DNA of 64,000 nt from Candidatus Binatus soli. Its GTDB lineage: Bacteria > Desulfobacterota > Binatia > Binatales > Binataceae. The notes beneath the pieces were generated by a model. That model made no database searches. It saw only the letters and a program-made list of their open reading frames with translations, and had not been told where the DNA came from. Location of the stretch: positions 8,664-72,663 of the forward strand of contig DLMJ01000005.1 of the NCBI GenBank assembly GCA_002479255.1, read 5' to 3'. Of the stretch, positions 10,313 through 20,700 are shown piece after piece; positions within the stretch are counted from its first letter, which is position 1; each line of letters begins with the position of its first letter. The position numbers were made by a program, and so were the translations under genes.

Positions 10313-10867
10313 ATGCCCCATCGGGCTTTCATCGGAATAGGCAGTAATCTAGGCGATCGAGCCGCCAATTATCGCGAGGCGATTCAGCGGATCGCTGAGA
10401 TCCCGGACACGAGGATCGTGCGCCAATCCTCGATCTACGAGACCGAACCGATCGGCGATCTCAAGGGCGCGTTTCTAAACGGCGTCGTCGAAGTCGAGAC
10501 CGAGCTCCCCGCAGAAGTTCTGATGCGCCGCCTGCTCGCGCTTGAGCGGATCATGGGCCGCAAGCGCGTCAAGGGACGCAAGCAATCCCGCGGCAAGTAC
10601 CGGCCGCGAATCATCGACCTTGATTTGCTGTTCTTCAACAAGGAAACCATCGATACCCGAATCCTCAAAGTACCCCATCCCCGCCTTCATGAGCGCCGCT
10701 TTGTGCTCGCCCCCATGAGCGAGCTCGCACCCGCGCTGATCCATCCGAAACTCAACGCATCCATTTCCGAGATGCTCGCGGGACTTAAGTCGCCGTTTCG
10801 TGTTACTCTTGCACGAGCGGACCTGTTGAGGCCGCAACCGTCCAAACGCGAGGCATCCACCCGATGA
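10313..10867 (+). CDS. folK: 2-amino-4-hydroxy-6-hydroxymethyldihydropteridine diphosphokinase
   Basis: [49 protein letters not shown]; ATG at 10313. Confidence 0.93.
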   Translation: MPHRAFIGIGSNLGDRAANYREAIQRIAEIPDTRIVRQSSIYETEPIGDLKGAFLNGVVEVETELPAEVLMRRLLALERIMGRKRVKGRKQSRGKYRPRIIDLDLLFFNKETIDTRILKVPHPRLHERRFVLAPMSELAPALIHPKLNASISEMLAGLKSPFRVTLARADLLRPQPSKREASTR

Positions 10868-11514
10868 AATATTTTATCGACACCGCAGAGGTCGCCGAGA
10901 TTCGCGAGGCCGCCAGTTGGGGACTCATCGACGGAGTCACCACCAATCCATCCTTGATGGCGAAAACCGGGCGCCCGTATCACGACGTGCTGCGCGAGAT
11001 TTGCGAAATCGTCGACGGACCGATCAGCGCCGAAGTCATCTCGACTGAAGCGTCCGCAATGATCGAGGAGGGCGAAAAGCTCGCCAAGCTCCACAAAAAC
11101 ATCGTCGTGAAGTGCCCGATGATCGTCGAGGGCCTCAAGGCGACCCACGCGCTCGCCAAACGCGGCATCCGCGTCAACGTCACCCTCATCTTCACTCCGC
11201 TCCAGGCGCTCGCGGCGGCCAAAGTCGGCGCCTCGTTTCTGTCGCCGTTCATCGGACGGCTCGATGACATCGGACAGGACGGATTCGCGATCGTCGAGGA
11301 TATGGTGCAGATACTGTCGAACTACGACTATCCGGCCGAGGTGCTGGTCGCGTCGGTGCGCAACACGACCCATCTGCTGCGTGCGGCCGCGGTCGGCGCC
11401 GATATCGCGACAGTGCCGTTCGCAGTACTCAAGCAGACCCTCCATCATCCGCTGACGGATCTCGGGCTCGAGCGCTTCCTCGCCGACTGGCGCAAGACCA
11501 ATCAGAAGATCTGA
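10864..11514 (+). CDS. Transaldolase / fructose-6-phosphate aldolase family (TalC/MipB type)
   Basis: [57 protein letters not shown]. Confidence 0.92.
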   Translation: MKYFIDTAEVAEIREAASWGLIDGVTTNPSLMAKTGRPYHDVLREICEIVDGPISAEVISTEASAMIEEGEKLAKLHKNIVVKCPMIVEGLKATHALAKRGIRVNVTLIFTPLQALAAAKVGASFLSPFIGRLDDIGQDGFAIVEDMVQILSNYDYPAEVLVASVRNTTHLLRAAAVGADIATVPFAVLKQTLHHPLTDLGLERFLADWRKTNQKI

Positions 11515-11706
11515 TTGCTGTTTCCCTCTTCTGTCGGATTCGCGCGACGCGGTTGCAACAAGCGCGGCACGGCTGAACAATCGAACCGGCCCTCCCGCCG
11601 CCGCTGGAAACTGGAATCTTGCACAGGGAGGCCGTAGACTCTATGCACAGGGGCTGGGCCCCTATATGGAAATTCCGGTTTGCGTGAGTCAGTCCATAGG
11701 GGGGAT

Positions 11707-14700
11707 ATGAACGGTCGCTCCGCCTTCAAGGTTCTGGGACTTGCCGGATTGGTGGCAATCGTGTTCGTCAGCACGCTGGCGCTCTTGGCCGGCGTGACGA
11801 TGCTTCCGGCGGCGACCACCGCCGCGCCGAGCGGCGCGCCGATTGCTCGCACTCTCGTCACGGATCAAATCGACGAGAACAATCTTGCCACGCTCGCGGG
11901 CAATACGCGTCCAGAAGCGACGGCGGCCAACGATCGCGGCCCGGTCGCGGATAGCTTTCCGATGGAGCACCTGTGGCTCCAGTTGCGGCGCCCTCCCGAG
12001 CAGGAACAGACACTCGACAAATATATCGATGGACTTACGGAACCCAAGTCGCCGAATTTCCATCAGTGGCTCACCGCAAAGCAGTTTGGAGAGCGCTACG
12101 GCCTGGCGCAGAAGGACCTGGCGGCGATCACGCGATGGCTCCAATCGCACGGCTTTACCATCAACCTGATCTATCCCAACAACGTGATCGACTTTTCCGG
12201 GACGGCCGGCCAGGTGCGCGAGGCCTTCCATACCGAGATTCACAATCTCGAGGTGAACCGTAAGAAGCACATCGCCAACATGAGCGACCCGCGGATTCCG
12301 GCCGCGCTGGCGCCGGCGGTAGTCGGAGTCGTGTCGCTGAACAACTTCATGCCGCATCCGATGAACAAGCCGCGCGCCGCATATACCTTTTCCGGCTGCG
12401 GCGATATCACAGGGACCGATTGTTGGGCGGTGGTACCCGCGGACTTGGCCACAATCTACAATCTGAATCCGCTTTTCGCGGCGGGTTATTCGGGCCAGGG
12501 ACAGACGATCGTGGTGATCGAGCCCACTGACGCGTACAACACCAACCCGGCCGGAACCGACAACACGGATTGGGATACGTTCCGCACGACCTTTGGCCTC
12601 TCAAGCGCCTACCCCAGCGGCTCTTTCACGCAGGTCCATCCGGCGCCCGGCACTGGCGGCGCCTGTAGCGATCCGGGCGTCGTCGCCAACGCCGAGTTCG
12701 AACCAATCCTGGACGCCGAATGGGCCAGCGCGGCGGCGCCTAATGCGGCCATCGAACTGGCCTCGTGCAAGAATACCACCAACTTCGGAGGTTTAATCGC
12801 CCTGCAAAACATTCTGAGCAACGGCGGCCCGGTCCCTGGGGTCGTCAGTCTCGGCTATGCCTGGTCCGAGGTGCTGGAGGGCGCGTCGGGGAACTCGAAC
12901 ATCAACGGCCTGTACCAGTTGGCGGCGTCGAGGGGCGTGTCGGTTTTCGTTGCGGCCGGAGATGGTGGCGCGGCGATGAGCGATTTCAACGAAGGAAATA
13001 ATGTCGCGCAATACGGGATCACCGTCAGTGCATTTGCCTCCACGCAGTATAATGTAGCCGTGGGGGGCACCGATTTCGGCGATACTTACGCCAACGCCCC
13101 CGCCGGCACATACTGGAGTGCGACGAACAGTTCCGACTATGGCTCAGCGTTATCTTACATCCCGGAAATTCCCTGGAATGACTCATGCGCCAGTGAGCTG
13201 ATCGCCGAGTACCTTTTTGTCAACTACGGTATCGGTGACGATTTCACTTATGGCTCGAACGGCTCCTGCAACAGCTCGATCGCCTCGCAGTACTCCCTCC
13301 TGAACACCTCCGCGGGCAGCGGCGGCCCGAGCGGATGCGCGACCGGGGCGCCATCGACGGGAGGTGTCGTCGGCGGTACCTGCCAAGGGTGGCCGAAGCC
13401 GCCATGGCAATCGGTCTTTGGCAATCCGAGCGACGGCGTGCGGGACATTCCGGACGTCTCACTGTTCGCGGCTGACGGAGTCTGGAACCATTACTACGTG
13501 GTCTGCTGGTCCGACCCGAGCCAGGAAAGCAACGGCGCAGCATCCTGTTCCGCCGCTCCCAGCGAGTGGGCTGGCGGTGGCGGAACCTCGTTCGCCGCGC
13601 CGATTATGGCCGGCATTCAGGCGCTCGTGAATCAGTATACTGCCAGCAGCCAAGGTAATCCGAATGCCACCTACTACTCGCTGGCCCAAACCGAATACGG
13701 CGCAAGCGGCAGCTCGACCTGCAACTCGGCACTCGGCAACGATGTGGCCGGCTCGTGCATCTTTTATGACGTGACCCAAGGTGACATGGACGTGCCATGC
13801 ACGGCGGGCACAAATAACTGTTACGACCCGTCAGGCACCTATGGCGTCCTGTCCACGTCGACTTCGGCGTATCAGCCCGCGTACGGAACGCAACCCGGCT
13901 GGGACTTTGCGACCGGAATCGGGACGGTGAATGCGTACAATCTTGTGAAGGCATTCGGCGCACTGGGCCCGACGCCCACCCCGACACCGACGCCAACGGC
14001 GACTGCGACCAAAACTGCGACCGTCACGCCGACCGCGACCTCGACCGCGACTCAGACCGCGACCCCGACGCCAACCACCACGGCGACGGCAACGGCAACC
14101 AAAACTGCGACCGTCACGCCGACCACAACTGCAACGGCGACAGCCACCGCCACGGCGACGGCGACCAAAACTGCGACCGTCACGCCGACCGCGACCTCGA
14201 CCGCGACTCAGACCGCGACCCCGACGCCAACCACCACGGCGACGGCAACGGCAACCAAAACTGCGACCGTCACGCCGACCACAACTGCAACGGCGACAGC
14301 CACCGCAACTTCAACGGCTACCAATACGGCGACTGCAACCGCCACTCGCACCGCCAGCCCGACCGCGACGCCCACGCCGACCGCAACTTCAACGGCTACC
14401 AAGACGGCGACTGCAACCGTCACGCCGACGGCGACCATGACGGCCACGCCGACACCGACGGCAACCGCGACGGGGGCGACTCCCACGGCCACTCGTACAG
14501 CCACCGCGACGCCGACTCCCACTGCCACTCAAACCCCGACTGCGACGCCGACTCCGACCTCGGCGAAGCTGACCATCAGTCCCCATTCGCTGGCATTCGG
14601 GAAAACGGTGAAAGTCGGAAATACCAGCGCGCCCAAGACGGTCACGATCACGAACGCGGGTAAGAAGAAAATACGTCTGGCGGTGAGCGTCGAGAGCTGG

Positions 14701-14916
14701 AACGCGTGGCCGCCGGTGTTCGCGGTCAAGTCGGAATGCGAAAAAACGCTCGCACCCGGCAAGAGCTGTAAGGTATCGGTGACCTTCACGCCGCCGGACA
14801 CGACGCGGCAGACTGGAAGCCTGATAATTTATGACAACGTGATCGGCTCGCCGCAGTCCGTTTCGCTGGCGGGAACCGGAAAGGCCAAGAAGAAAAAATC
14901 CCTACTGTCCCAATAG
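11707..14916 (+). CDS. Secreted S53 (sedolisin/kumamolisin-like) peptidase with pro-domain, Thr/Pro-rich stalk and C-terminal Ig-like (ASH/choice-of-anchor D-like) domain
   Basis: Signal peptide; pro-domain ([18 protein letters not shown]); catalytic ExxLD (EPILDAEW), [31 protein letters not shown]; C-terminal [18 protein letters not shown] at 11707 follows GGGGGA. Confidence 0.88.
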   Translation: MNGRSAFKVLGLAGLVAIVFVSTLALLAGVTMLPAATTAAPSGAPIARTLVTDQIDENNLATLAGNTRPEATAANDRGPVADSFPMEHLWLQLRRPPEQEQTLDKYIDGLTEPKSPNFHQWLTAKQFGERYGLAQKDLAAITRWLQSHGFTINLIYPNNVIDFSGTAGQVREAFHTEIHNLEVNRKKHIANMSDPRIPAALAPAVVGVVSLNNFMPHPMNKPRAAYTFSGCGDITGTDCWAVVPADLATIYNLNPLFAAGYSGQGQTIVVIEPTDAYNTNPAGTDNTDWDTFRTTFGLSSAYPSGSFTQVHPAPGTGGACSDPGVVANAEFEPILDAEWASAAAPNAAIELASCKNTTNFGGLIALQNILSNGGPVPGVVSLGYAWSEVLEGASGNSNINGLYQLAASRGVSVFVAAGDGGAAMSDFNEGNNVAQYGITVSAFASTQYNVAVGGTDFGDTYANAPAGTYWSATNSSDYGSALSYIPEIPWNDSCASELIAEYLFVNYGIGDDFTYGSNGSCNSSIASQYSLLNTSAGSGGPSGCATGAPSTGGVVGGTCQGWPKPPWQSVFGNPSDGVRDIPDVSLFAADGVWNHYYVVCWSDPSQESNGAASCSAAPSEWAGGGGTSFAAPIMAGIQALVNQYTASSQGNPNATYYSLAQTEYGASGSSTCNSALGNDVAGSCIFYDVTQGDMDVPCTAGTNNCYDPSGTYGVLSTSTSAYQPAYGTQPGWDFATGIGTVNAYNLVKAFGALGPTPTPTPTPTATATKTATVTPTATSTATQTATPTPTTTATATATKTATVTPTTTATATATATATATKTATVTPTATSTATQTATPTPTTTATATATKTATVTPTTTATATATATSTATNTATATATRTASPTATPTPTATSTATKTATATVTPTATMTATPTPTATATGATPTATRTATATPTPTATQTPTATPTPTSAKLTISPHSLAFGKTVKVGNTSAPKTVTITNAGKKKIRLAVSVESWNAWPPVFAVKSECEKTLAPGKSCKVSVTFTPPDTTRQTGSLIIYDNVIGSPQSVSLAGTGKAKKKKSLLSQ
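13968..14560 (+). repeat. Coding low-complexity Thr/Ala/Pro repeat containing a 146 bp direct duplication (14005-14150 and 14161-14306)
   Basis: GCGACCAAAACTGCGACCGTCACGCCGACCGCGACCTCGACC... recurs at a 156 bp offset; encodes [24 protein letters not shown] units. Confidence 0.9.
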
Positions 14917-14954
14917 CCACTTCCCTGACAGGGAGAGCTATTCGTTAGCGACGC

Positions 14955-16106
14955 TTAGTTCGCCGCTGCCGTGCGCTCGGCAATCAGCCGATCCAGCTCG
15001 GCGCGCAGCTTGGGCAGCACTTCGTCGTAGCCGAAATAACCGATCTTGCGATCTTTCTTCTTGAGATTCACCGTGGTCGGACCGCACCACAACCCAAGGT
15101 CGGCGTCATCGGTCTCGCCCGGCCCGTTAACCCGGCATCCCATCACCGCAATCGTGATCTTGTACTTCTGGGCGTAAGTCGTGAGTTCCTTGACCTGCTG
15201 CGCCAGCTCGACGAACTTCATGTTCTCGACCCGCGAGCACGACGGGCACGAGATGATATTGAGCCCCGTACCGAAATCGGGCACCGAGATGAACCTGCCC
15301 GCCGCGACGTCCTCGATAATCTTGTGCCCTACTATCACTTCCTCGTGCTTGCGCTCGTTGGGCAGCGTGAGCGAGACCCGGATCGTATCGCCGATACCCT
15401 GCGCGAGCAGCTTTTCGAACGCTATCCGGGTCTTGATGATTCCGTCGGGCGGCAACCCCGCCTCCGTGACGCCAAGATGGATCGGCACGTCCGGCCGCCG
15501 CTTCGAGAAGCGCCGATTCGCGTCCATCACCTTGTTGGGATCGGAATCCTTCAGCGACACGACGAAGCGCGTGAAGCCGAGCTCGTCCATCAGCTCGCAA
15601 TGGTACGCCGCCGACTCCACGATCGCGGCCAGTTGATCGCCCGGATACTTGTCCACAAACGCCGGCGCGACCGAGCCGCAGTTCACGCCGATCCGGATCG
15701 CGAGGTTGTTGTCCCGCGCCGCATCGACGATCGATTTCACCTTCTGCTCGATCGTCTTCGACTTTTCCATATGGTGCAAATGGCCCGGGTTGTAGCGAAT
15801 CTTGTCCACGTGCGGCGCAACCCGGCCGGCGATCTTGTAGTTCTCCTGCAAATCGACCGACAGCACGATTCCCTTCGTCTGCGCGCGGATTTCCTTGAGC
15901 GCCGGGATTTCCTTCTCGCTGTCCATCGCGATCCGGACGATTCCCGCGCCTGCCTTCGCCAACTGATGGGCCTGCGCGACTGTTTGATCGACGTCGATCG
16001 TCCGCGTCGCGCACATCGATTGCACCACGACCGGCGCATCGCCGCCGACCTTGGCGCCGCCGATCGTTATCTGCCGTGTCTTCCGATCTTTTCGTGCCTG
16101 ATCCAT
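14955..16106 (-). CDS. ispG: 4-hydroxy-3-methylbut-2-en-1-yl diphosphate synthase
   Basis: [59 protein letters not shown]; likely start MDQARKDR at 16106. Confidence 0.93.
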   Translation of the reverse strand: MDQARKDRKTRQITIGGAKVGGDAPVVVQSMCATRTIDVDQTVAQAHQLAKAGAGIVRIAMDSEKEIPALKEIRAQTKGIVLSVDLQENYKIAGRVAPHVDKIRYNPGHLHHMEKSKTIEQKVKSIVDAARDNNLAIRIGVNCGSVAPAFVDKYPGDQLAAIVESAAYHCELMDELGFTRFVVSLKDSDPNKVMDANRRFSKRRPDVPIHLGVTEAGLPPDGIIKTRIAFEKLLAQGIGDTIRVSLTLPNERKHEEVIVGHKIIEDVAAGRFISVPDFGTGLNIISCPSCSRVENMKFVELAQQVKELTTYAQKYKITIAVMGCRVNGPGETDDADLGLWCGPTTVNLKKKDRKIGYFGYDEVLPKLRAELDRLIAERTAAAN

Positions 16107-16420
16107 TTCCACCGTTTGCTTTCGGCGAGCGCCACGCTTGCTTCTGACAACTATAGCAGACCGTCCGCTCGTATCGATAACAACTGCCCTTCGCGCCTTT
16201 GAGCGCATCGTTCACCGACGCCCCGAGCGCGTTTGCGACCACGAATTTGCGCTATGACTTTTCCCTTGCAATCGGTCAGCGTTCTCATTAAGTTCTTTTT
16301 CCGTCGATAATATTAGACGGAATGAGGAGTTGCATAAGAGATGTTGCTGGCTTCGCCCATCTCTCGCGGCCACTTTTGGACATTCAAGCTCTTCGCTCGG
16401 GGAGGAGAGGAAGCTGAGCA

Positions 16421-16867
16421 ATGAGTACCGTCGTCTCCACAATCGCTGCCGCCGATCTGCGTCCGTTTCCCGACGTTATCCTTCGCAGCCAGTTCTTCGA
16501 GATGGTCGGGGCGCGATCGTTCTCCAGCGAGCAGCGCCTGATGCTCGCGGTGCTGGCTGACGCGATCAACGTCGTGCAGGAATTCAGCGGCTCAAAGAGC
16601 CTGCGCAAACGCAACTCGTTTAACGACGCGTGGAACTGGTTCTTCACCAAGGGCGTCACTTCTCCGTTGTCATTTGACAACGTATGCGACGCGCTCGGCA
16701 TGGACGCCCGGGGCTTGCGATGGCGGCTGTCCGAACTGGTCGCCGGCCGCGGCGGCGGTCCGCTGCGCCTGCGGCTCAAGGAAGCGAGCCGGATCCAACG
16801 CTTGACGGTTAATCGACCGCGCCGGCGCAATCCGCGCAGGATGCACCGCGTCGATCCCGCCCACTAG
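16421..16867 (+). CDS. Conserved hypothetical protein (EQRLMLAVLADAI / SFDNVCDALG family)
   Basis: Purine-rich RBS region (GGAGAGGAAG), ATG start, coherent helical sequence with a basic tail; no function assignable. Confidence 0.75.
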   Translation: MSTVVSTIAAADLRPFPDVILRSQFFEMVGARSFSSEQRLMLAVLADAINVVQEFSGSKSLRKRNSFNDAWNWFFTKGVTSPLSFDNVCDALGMDARGLRWRLSELVAGRGGGPLRLRLKEASRIQRLTVNRPRRRNPRRMHRVDPAH

Positions 16868-17004
16868 CAACTAACACTCCGACTCAATCGCCGGATTCAG
16901 GCCGCGGGCCGAGAAGAAAAGAAACAAACGCCGCGCACGGTTTCATTCTTCCGCCGACTCCTGATACCAATTCGACTTCATCCGAACCAAGGGAGACCGA
17001 TGCT

Positions 17005-18216
17005 ATGGACCGTCCGCTTGAGGGCGTCAGAGTCGTCGAAGTTGCGATGTGGGTCGCAGGCCCGTCCACCACCGCCGTGATGGGCGACTGGGGCGCCGAC
17101 GTTATCAAGCTCGAAGACCCGGCCACCGGAGACCCGATTCGCGGCCTCGTTACGCGCACCATGGGCGATCCCAACGCGCGCATCCGTCCGCCGTTTGAAC
17201 TCGACAATCGCAACAAACGCTCGGTCGCCGTTGACTTGCGCCGCCCCGACGGCCACGCCTTCGCGCTCAAGCTGATCGAACACGCCGACGTCTTCGTCAC
17301 CAGCCTGCGCCTCGACGCCATCGAGCGCATGAAACTCGACTACGCGACCCTCTCCGCAAAAAATCCGCGGCTCATCTACGCGTCGATCAACGGCTACGGG
17401 CATCGCGGACCCGATCGCAATCGCCCTGCCTACGACTACGCCGCCGCGTGGGCGCGCTCGGGCCTGATGGCGACGATCGCCGAGCCGGGACAGTCGCCGC
17501 CTGGGCAGCGGCCCGCGATGATCGATCACGCCGTCGGCCTGGGTCTGGCGGGCGCAATCTCAGCCGCCCTGCTCGCACGCGAGCGTAGCGGCCGCGGCCG
17601 CGAGGTCAACATCTCGCTGTTCTCGATGGGCCTGTGGATGAACGCGTCGGATCTTACCATCGGCCTCATGACCGGCTTTTCTCCCCGATCCGAGTCGCGC
17701 ACCCAGCGCATTAATCCGCTGTGGAGTTCCTATCGATGCGCCGACGCGCGATGGATTTACTTCGTGATGATTCAGAGCGATCGCTATTGGCCGGATTTCT
17801 GCCTCGCGCTCGGCAAACCGGATTGGCTGAACGACCCGCGTTTCAAGGATTCAGTCGCGCGCGCGCAAAACTGCGCCGCGCTCACAGACGAAATAGATCG
17901 CGCGATTGCGGCGAGGAGCTGCGACGATTGGGCGCCGATTTTCGATCGCCACAATCTCATCTGGGCCCCTGTGCGCACCGACGCCGAAGTGCTCGACGAT
18001 CCGCAGGCCGAAGCTATCGGCGCTTTCGCCGCCGTGGACCATCCGAATATTCCCGGATGCCGCGTCGTGAACAGCCCCGTCGAGTTTGGCGACTCCCACC
18101 CACTGCCCCATCGTGCGGCCCCCGAACTGGGCCAGCATACCGAGGAAGTCGCGCTTGAAATGGGCCTGACGTGGGACGAGATCGCGCGTCTCAAAGCCTC
18201 CGGCGCCTTGGGTTAG
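17005..18216 (+). CDS. Family III CoA-transferase (CaiB/BaiF)
   Basis: PLEGVRVVE, WGADVIKLE, NRNKRSVAVDL, NPRLIYASINGYG, RPAYD, APELGQHTEEV. Confidence 0.93.
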   Translation: MDRPLEGVRVVEVAMWVAGPSTTAVMGDWGADVIKLEDPATGDPIRGLVTRTMGDPNARIRPPFELDNRNKRSVAVDLRRPDGHAFALKLIEHADVFVTSLRLDAIERMKLDYATLSAKNPRLIYASINGYGHRGPDRNRPAYDYAAAWARSGLMATIAEPGQSPPGQRPAMIDHAVGLGLAGAISAALLARERSGRGREVNISLFSMGLWMNASDLTIGLMTGFSPRSESRTQRINPLWSSYRCADARWIYFVMIQSDRYWPDFCLALGKPDWLNDPRFKDSVARAQNCAALTDEIDRAIAARSCDDWAPIFDRHNLIWAPVRTDAEVLDDPQAEAIGAFAAVDHPNIPGCRVVNSPVEFGDSHPLPHRAAPELGQHTEEVALEMGLTWDEIARLKASGALG

Positions 18217-18385
18217 ATTTCCATCTGTACGATGCACCAAACCCGCTACTGACAGGCGATTTTGAACTTCGTGTGCAATCAAAACGCCATTATAAAACTG
18301 CACTTTCCTGAAAAGGTTTGACTCTGATGAACGCGCCTCCGTATGATCTTTATCACCTGTCAGCGGAGGTCGCCTGCTCGTGCGA

Positions 18386-18910
18386 ATGATTGTTCCTCCT
18401 GTCGCTCATCGCCGCGAAATCGATCGCAACCTCGCCGAATTTTTCCGCGGCCATCGCGCCGCGCATTTCAACCGCGCCATTTCCTCGATGTGCCGATACT
18501 TCAAACTGCGCCGCCCGCGTGTCAAATGGTTCGAGTATATCGATTGGGGCAAGACCGCCGGCCGCACCTACGAAGACGGCCGCATCCATCTCGTGCATCC
18601 CGAAAACTGGAAACGCGGACGCGTCTATTTCAGCGAGCGCCTGTGGATTCAAATGATCTACCACGAGATGGGTCATTTCCTGTTCTGGTCTGACGCCGAG
18701 CGCAAGGCCGACCTGTTCTCGCGCCGGATGGTGACCGGGCTTAAAGTCCCCGGCCGCCGTAGTGCATCGCGCTCGCGCATGCGGGCGGGAATCTCGAGCA
18801 CGCGTCGCGCTGCAAATCGCGTCCGCAAGCGCCGCCCGCGTATTTCGATCGCACGAAAATCGAGGCGCTCTGCGCGGATCGACGCTCGCAAATCTCGCCG
18901 GGTTGCCTGA
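18386..18910 (+). CDS. Hypothetical protein with HExxH zinc-metallopeptidase-like motif and Arg-rich tail
   Basis: YHEMGH...AERKADLFS; about 50 C-terminal residues dominated by R/S/A; GGAGG upstream. Confidence 0.7.
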   Translation: MIVPPVAHRREIDRNLAEFFRGHRAAHFNRAISSMCRYFKLRRPRVKWFEYIDWGKTAGRTYEDGRIHLVHPENWKRGRVYFSERLWIQMIYHEMGHFLFWSDAERKADLFSRRMVTGLKVPGRRSASRSRMRAGISSTRRAANRVRKRRPRISIARKSRRSARIDARKSRRVA

Positions 18911-19461
18911 TGCCGCAAAAGCCCAACGTCGAAAACCGCTGGTGGGTCGAAACCACCTTCAAGAAACCCAAAAAGGCCAAGTCCGAAACTGAGATGCCGC
19001 AGTTGCCGGTCGCGATGGCCTTTTACCAGGTCGCGCGCGATTACGATCAGGATCGCGCCAAGGAAGACCTGACCGACAACAACCTGCGCGTCGCGCGCGA
19101 GGCCAATCCTCCGCAGGGAGATTGGGCCTACGTCGCGATGACCGAGCAGCATGCGCCGCCCAATGTCATCAAGCGCGTCAAGGACGAGTTTCGCCTCCCG
19201 CGCGAGGCGCGCGGCATCGTAATCGATCACGGGCGCGTCGTGCGCCTGCTGATTTGCGGCCCGCAGCTCGAGGACTGGATGATCGACATCACGCTCGGCG
19301 AGGAGCCGTCGGTCGATGCGTACGTATGGTCCGTGATGCATCGCGAGCGAATCTTCCGCCGCGCCGAGGACGCGCTGCGCCAGGCGCGCAAATGGGCCGT
19401 CAACCTGCTCCAGTTCCCTCCCCAGCGCGACGAGCCCTTCCGCGGCTCCCTGCTGGTCTAG
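18910..19461 (+). CDS. Hypothetical protein, translationally coupled to the upstream gene
   Basis: TGATG stop/start overlap at 18908-18912; GC3-rich codon pattern like host genes. Confidence 0.7.
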   Translation: MPQKPNVENRWWVETTFKKPKKAKSETEMPQLPVAMAFYQVARDYDQDRAKEDLTDNNLRVAREANPPQGDWAYVAMTEQHAPPNVIKRVKDEFRLPREARGIVIDHGRVVRLLICGPQLEDWMIDITLGEEPSVDAYVWSVMHRERIFRRAEDALRQARKWAVNLLQFPPQRDEPFRGSLLV

Positions 19462-19523
19462 CCAAGCTTCGCGTTCAGGGTAAGCTCGATTGTGGACTTG
19501 ACCCTCCACCGCTCGGTTGCGCC

Positions 19524-20669
19524 ATGAAATACCTGTCGCTCGTGCTCATAAACCTGACCCGCAACAAGCGGCGCACGATTCTTACCACGCTGTCGATCAC
19601 CGTCTCGGTATTCATCTTCGCGTCCCTGATCAGCCTGCCGGGACTGCTCAACCAGGTCCTGCGCGACCGCGCCAACTCGCTGCGCCTGATCTGTCACAGC
19701 AAGGCGGGCTTCTACTATATGTTGCCCGAAGCGTATCGCCGGCAGATCGAAAAAGTTGCACACGTGGAGGCAGTGGCCGGCTACAGCGTCTTCATGGGAA
19801 CCTACCGCGATCCGAACGAGCAGATCGGCATCCTCGCCACCGACGACGATCATATCCCCGAAATCTTTCCCGATTGGGAAGTCAGCGCGGAAGCCGAACG
19901 CGAATTCAAAAGCATGCGCACCGCAGGCCTCGTCGGAGCCACCTTGATGAAGATTTACGGCTGGAAAGTCGGCGACACGATCATGCTGCGCGGTACGGTG
20001 TATCCGGTCGATCTGCAACTGACAATTGTGGGCGTGCTGAACGAGAAAGCCGCAGGGCCTCAAATTATTTTCAGGCGCGACTACATGGAAGAACTGCTGG
20101 GCAGGCCCGGCACCGCGAACCTGTTCTGGGTGAAAATAGACCGCTCGCAATCGGCGCCCGAGGTGATCGCCGCAATCGATGAAATGTTCGCCAATTCGGC
20201 GCACGAGACGGCCACCGAAACCGAAGTCGCGCTGATCAAGAGCGAGATGGCCGGCAATCTTGCCCTTCTGGTTAATGGCGCAAAATTTCTTGCGGTGATC
20301 GTGATCTTCACGATCGCGCTGGTCGCCGTCAACACGGCTGCGATGGCGGTGCGCGAACGGCGCCACGAGATGGCGGTGATGCGCGCGATTGGATTCACGC
20401 GCAACTCGATCATTGCGCGAATCCTCGTCGAGGGACTGGTCGTCGGCATGGCCGGCGGTGTCCTCGGATGCGCCTTGGCGCTCCTGGGATTCGAACTGTT
20501 GCCGCACGTTTCCGGAGCGCTCGGTCCGCTCGCGCTCTCCCTGACGCTATCGCCGCGAATCGTTGCCTACAGCTTCATGATCGCCGCCCTGATCGGAGCA
20601 GCCAGCGGGTTCATACCTGCGACTCTGGCCACCCGCGGCGACATTTCGACCGAACTCCGCGCCGTGTAA
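19524..20669 (+). CDS. ABC transporter permease, MacB/FtsX family
   Basis: NLTRNKRRTILT, periplasmic region, AMAVRERRHEMAVMRAIGF, C-terminal TM helices; ATG at 19524. Confidence 0.9.
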   Translation: MKYLSLVLINLTRNKRRTILTTLSITVSVFIFASLISLPGLLNQVLRDRANSLRLICHSKAGFYYMLPEAYRRQIEKVAHVEAVAGYSVFMGTYRDPNEQIGILATDDDHIPEIFPDWEVSAEAEREFKSMRTAGLVGATLMKIYGWKVGDTIMLRGTVYPVDLQLTIVGVLNEKAAGPQIIFRRDYMEELLGRPGTANLFWVKIDRSQSAPEVIAAIDEMFANSAHETATETEVALIKSEMAGNLALLVNGAKFLAVIVIFTIALVAVNTAAMAVRERRHEMAVMRAIGFTRNSIIARILVEGLVVGMAGGVLGCALALLGFELLPHVSGALGPLALSLTLSPRIVAYSFMIAALIGAASGFIPATLATRGDISTELRAV

Positions 20670-20700
20670 GGCCCCTTCGAGGCCGCTCAGCCTCACGGTC

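Noticed and set aside
14208-14528. Val/Ala-rich minus-strand ORF resembling a membrane protein
   Set aside because: Simply the reverse complement of the Thr/Ala/Pro stalk.
19122-19523. Long N-terminal extensions on the permease ORF (likewise folK 10022, methyltransferase 27394, kinase-like 43092, GT2 58294)
   Set aside because: The extensions overlap neighbouring genes or intergenic DNA and are not family-like; downstream ATGs fit the family starts.
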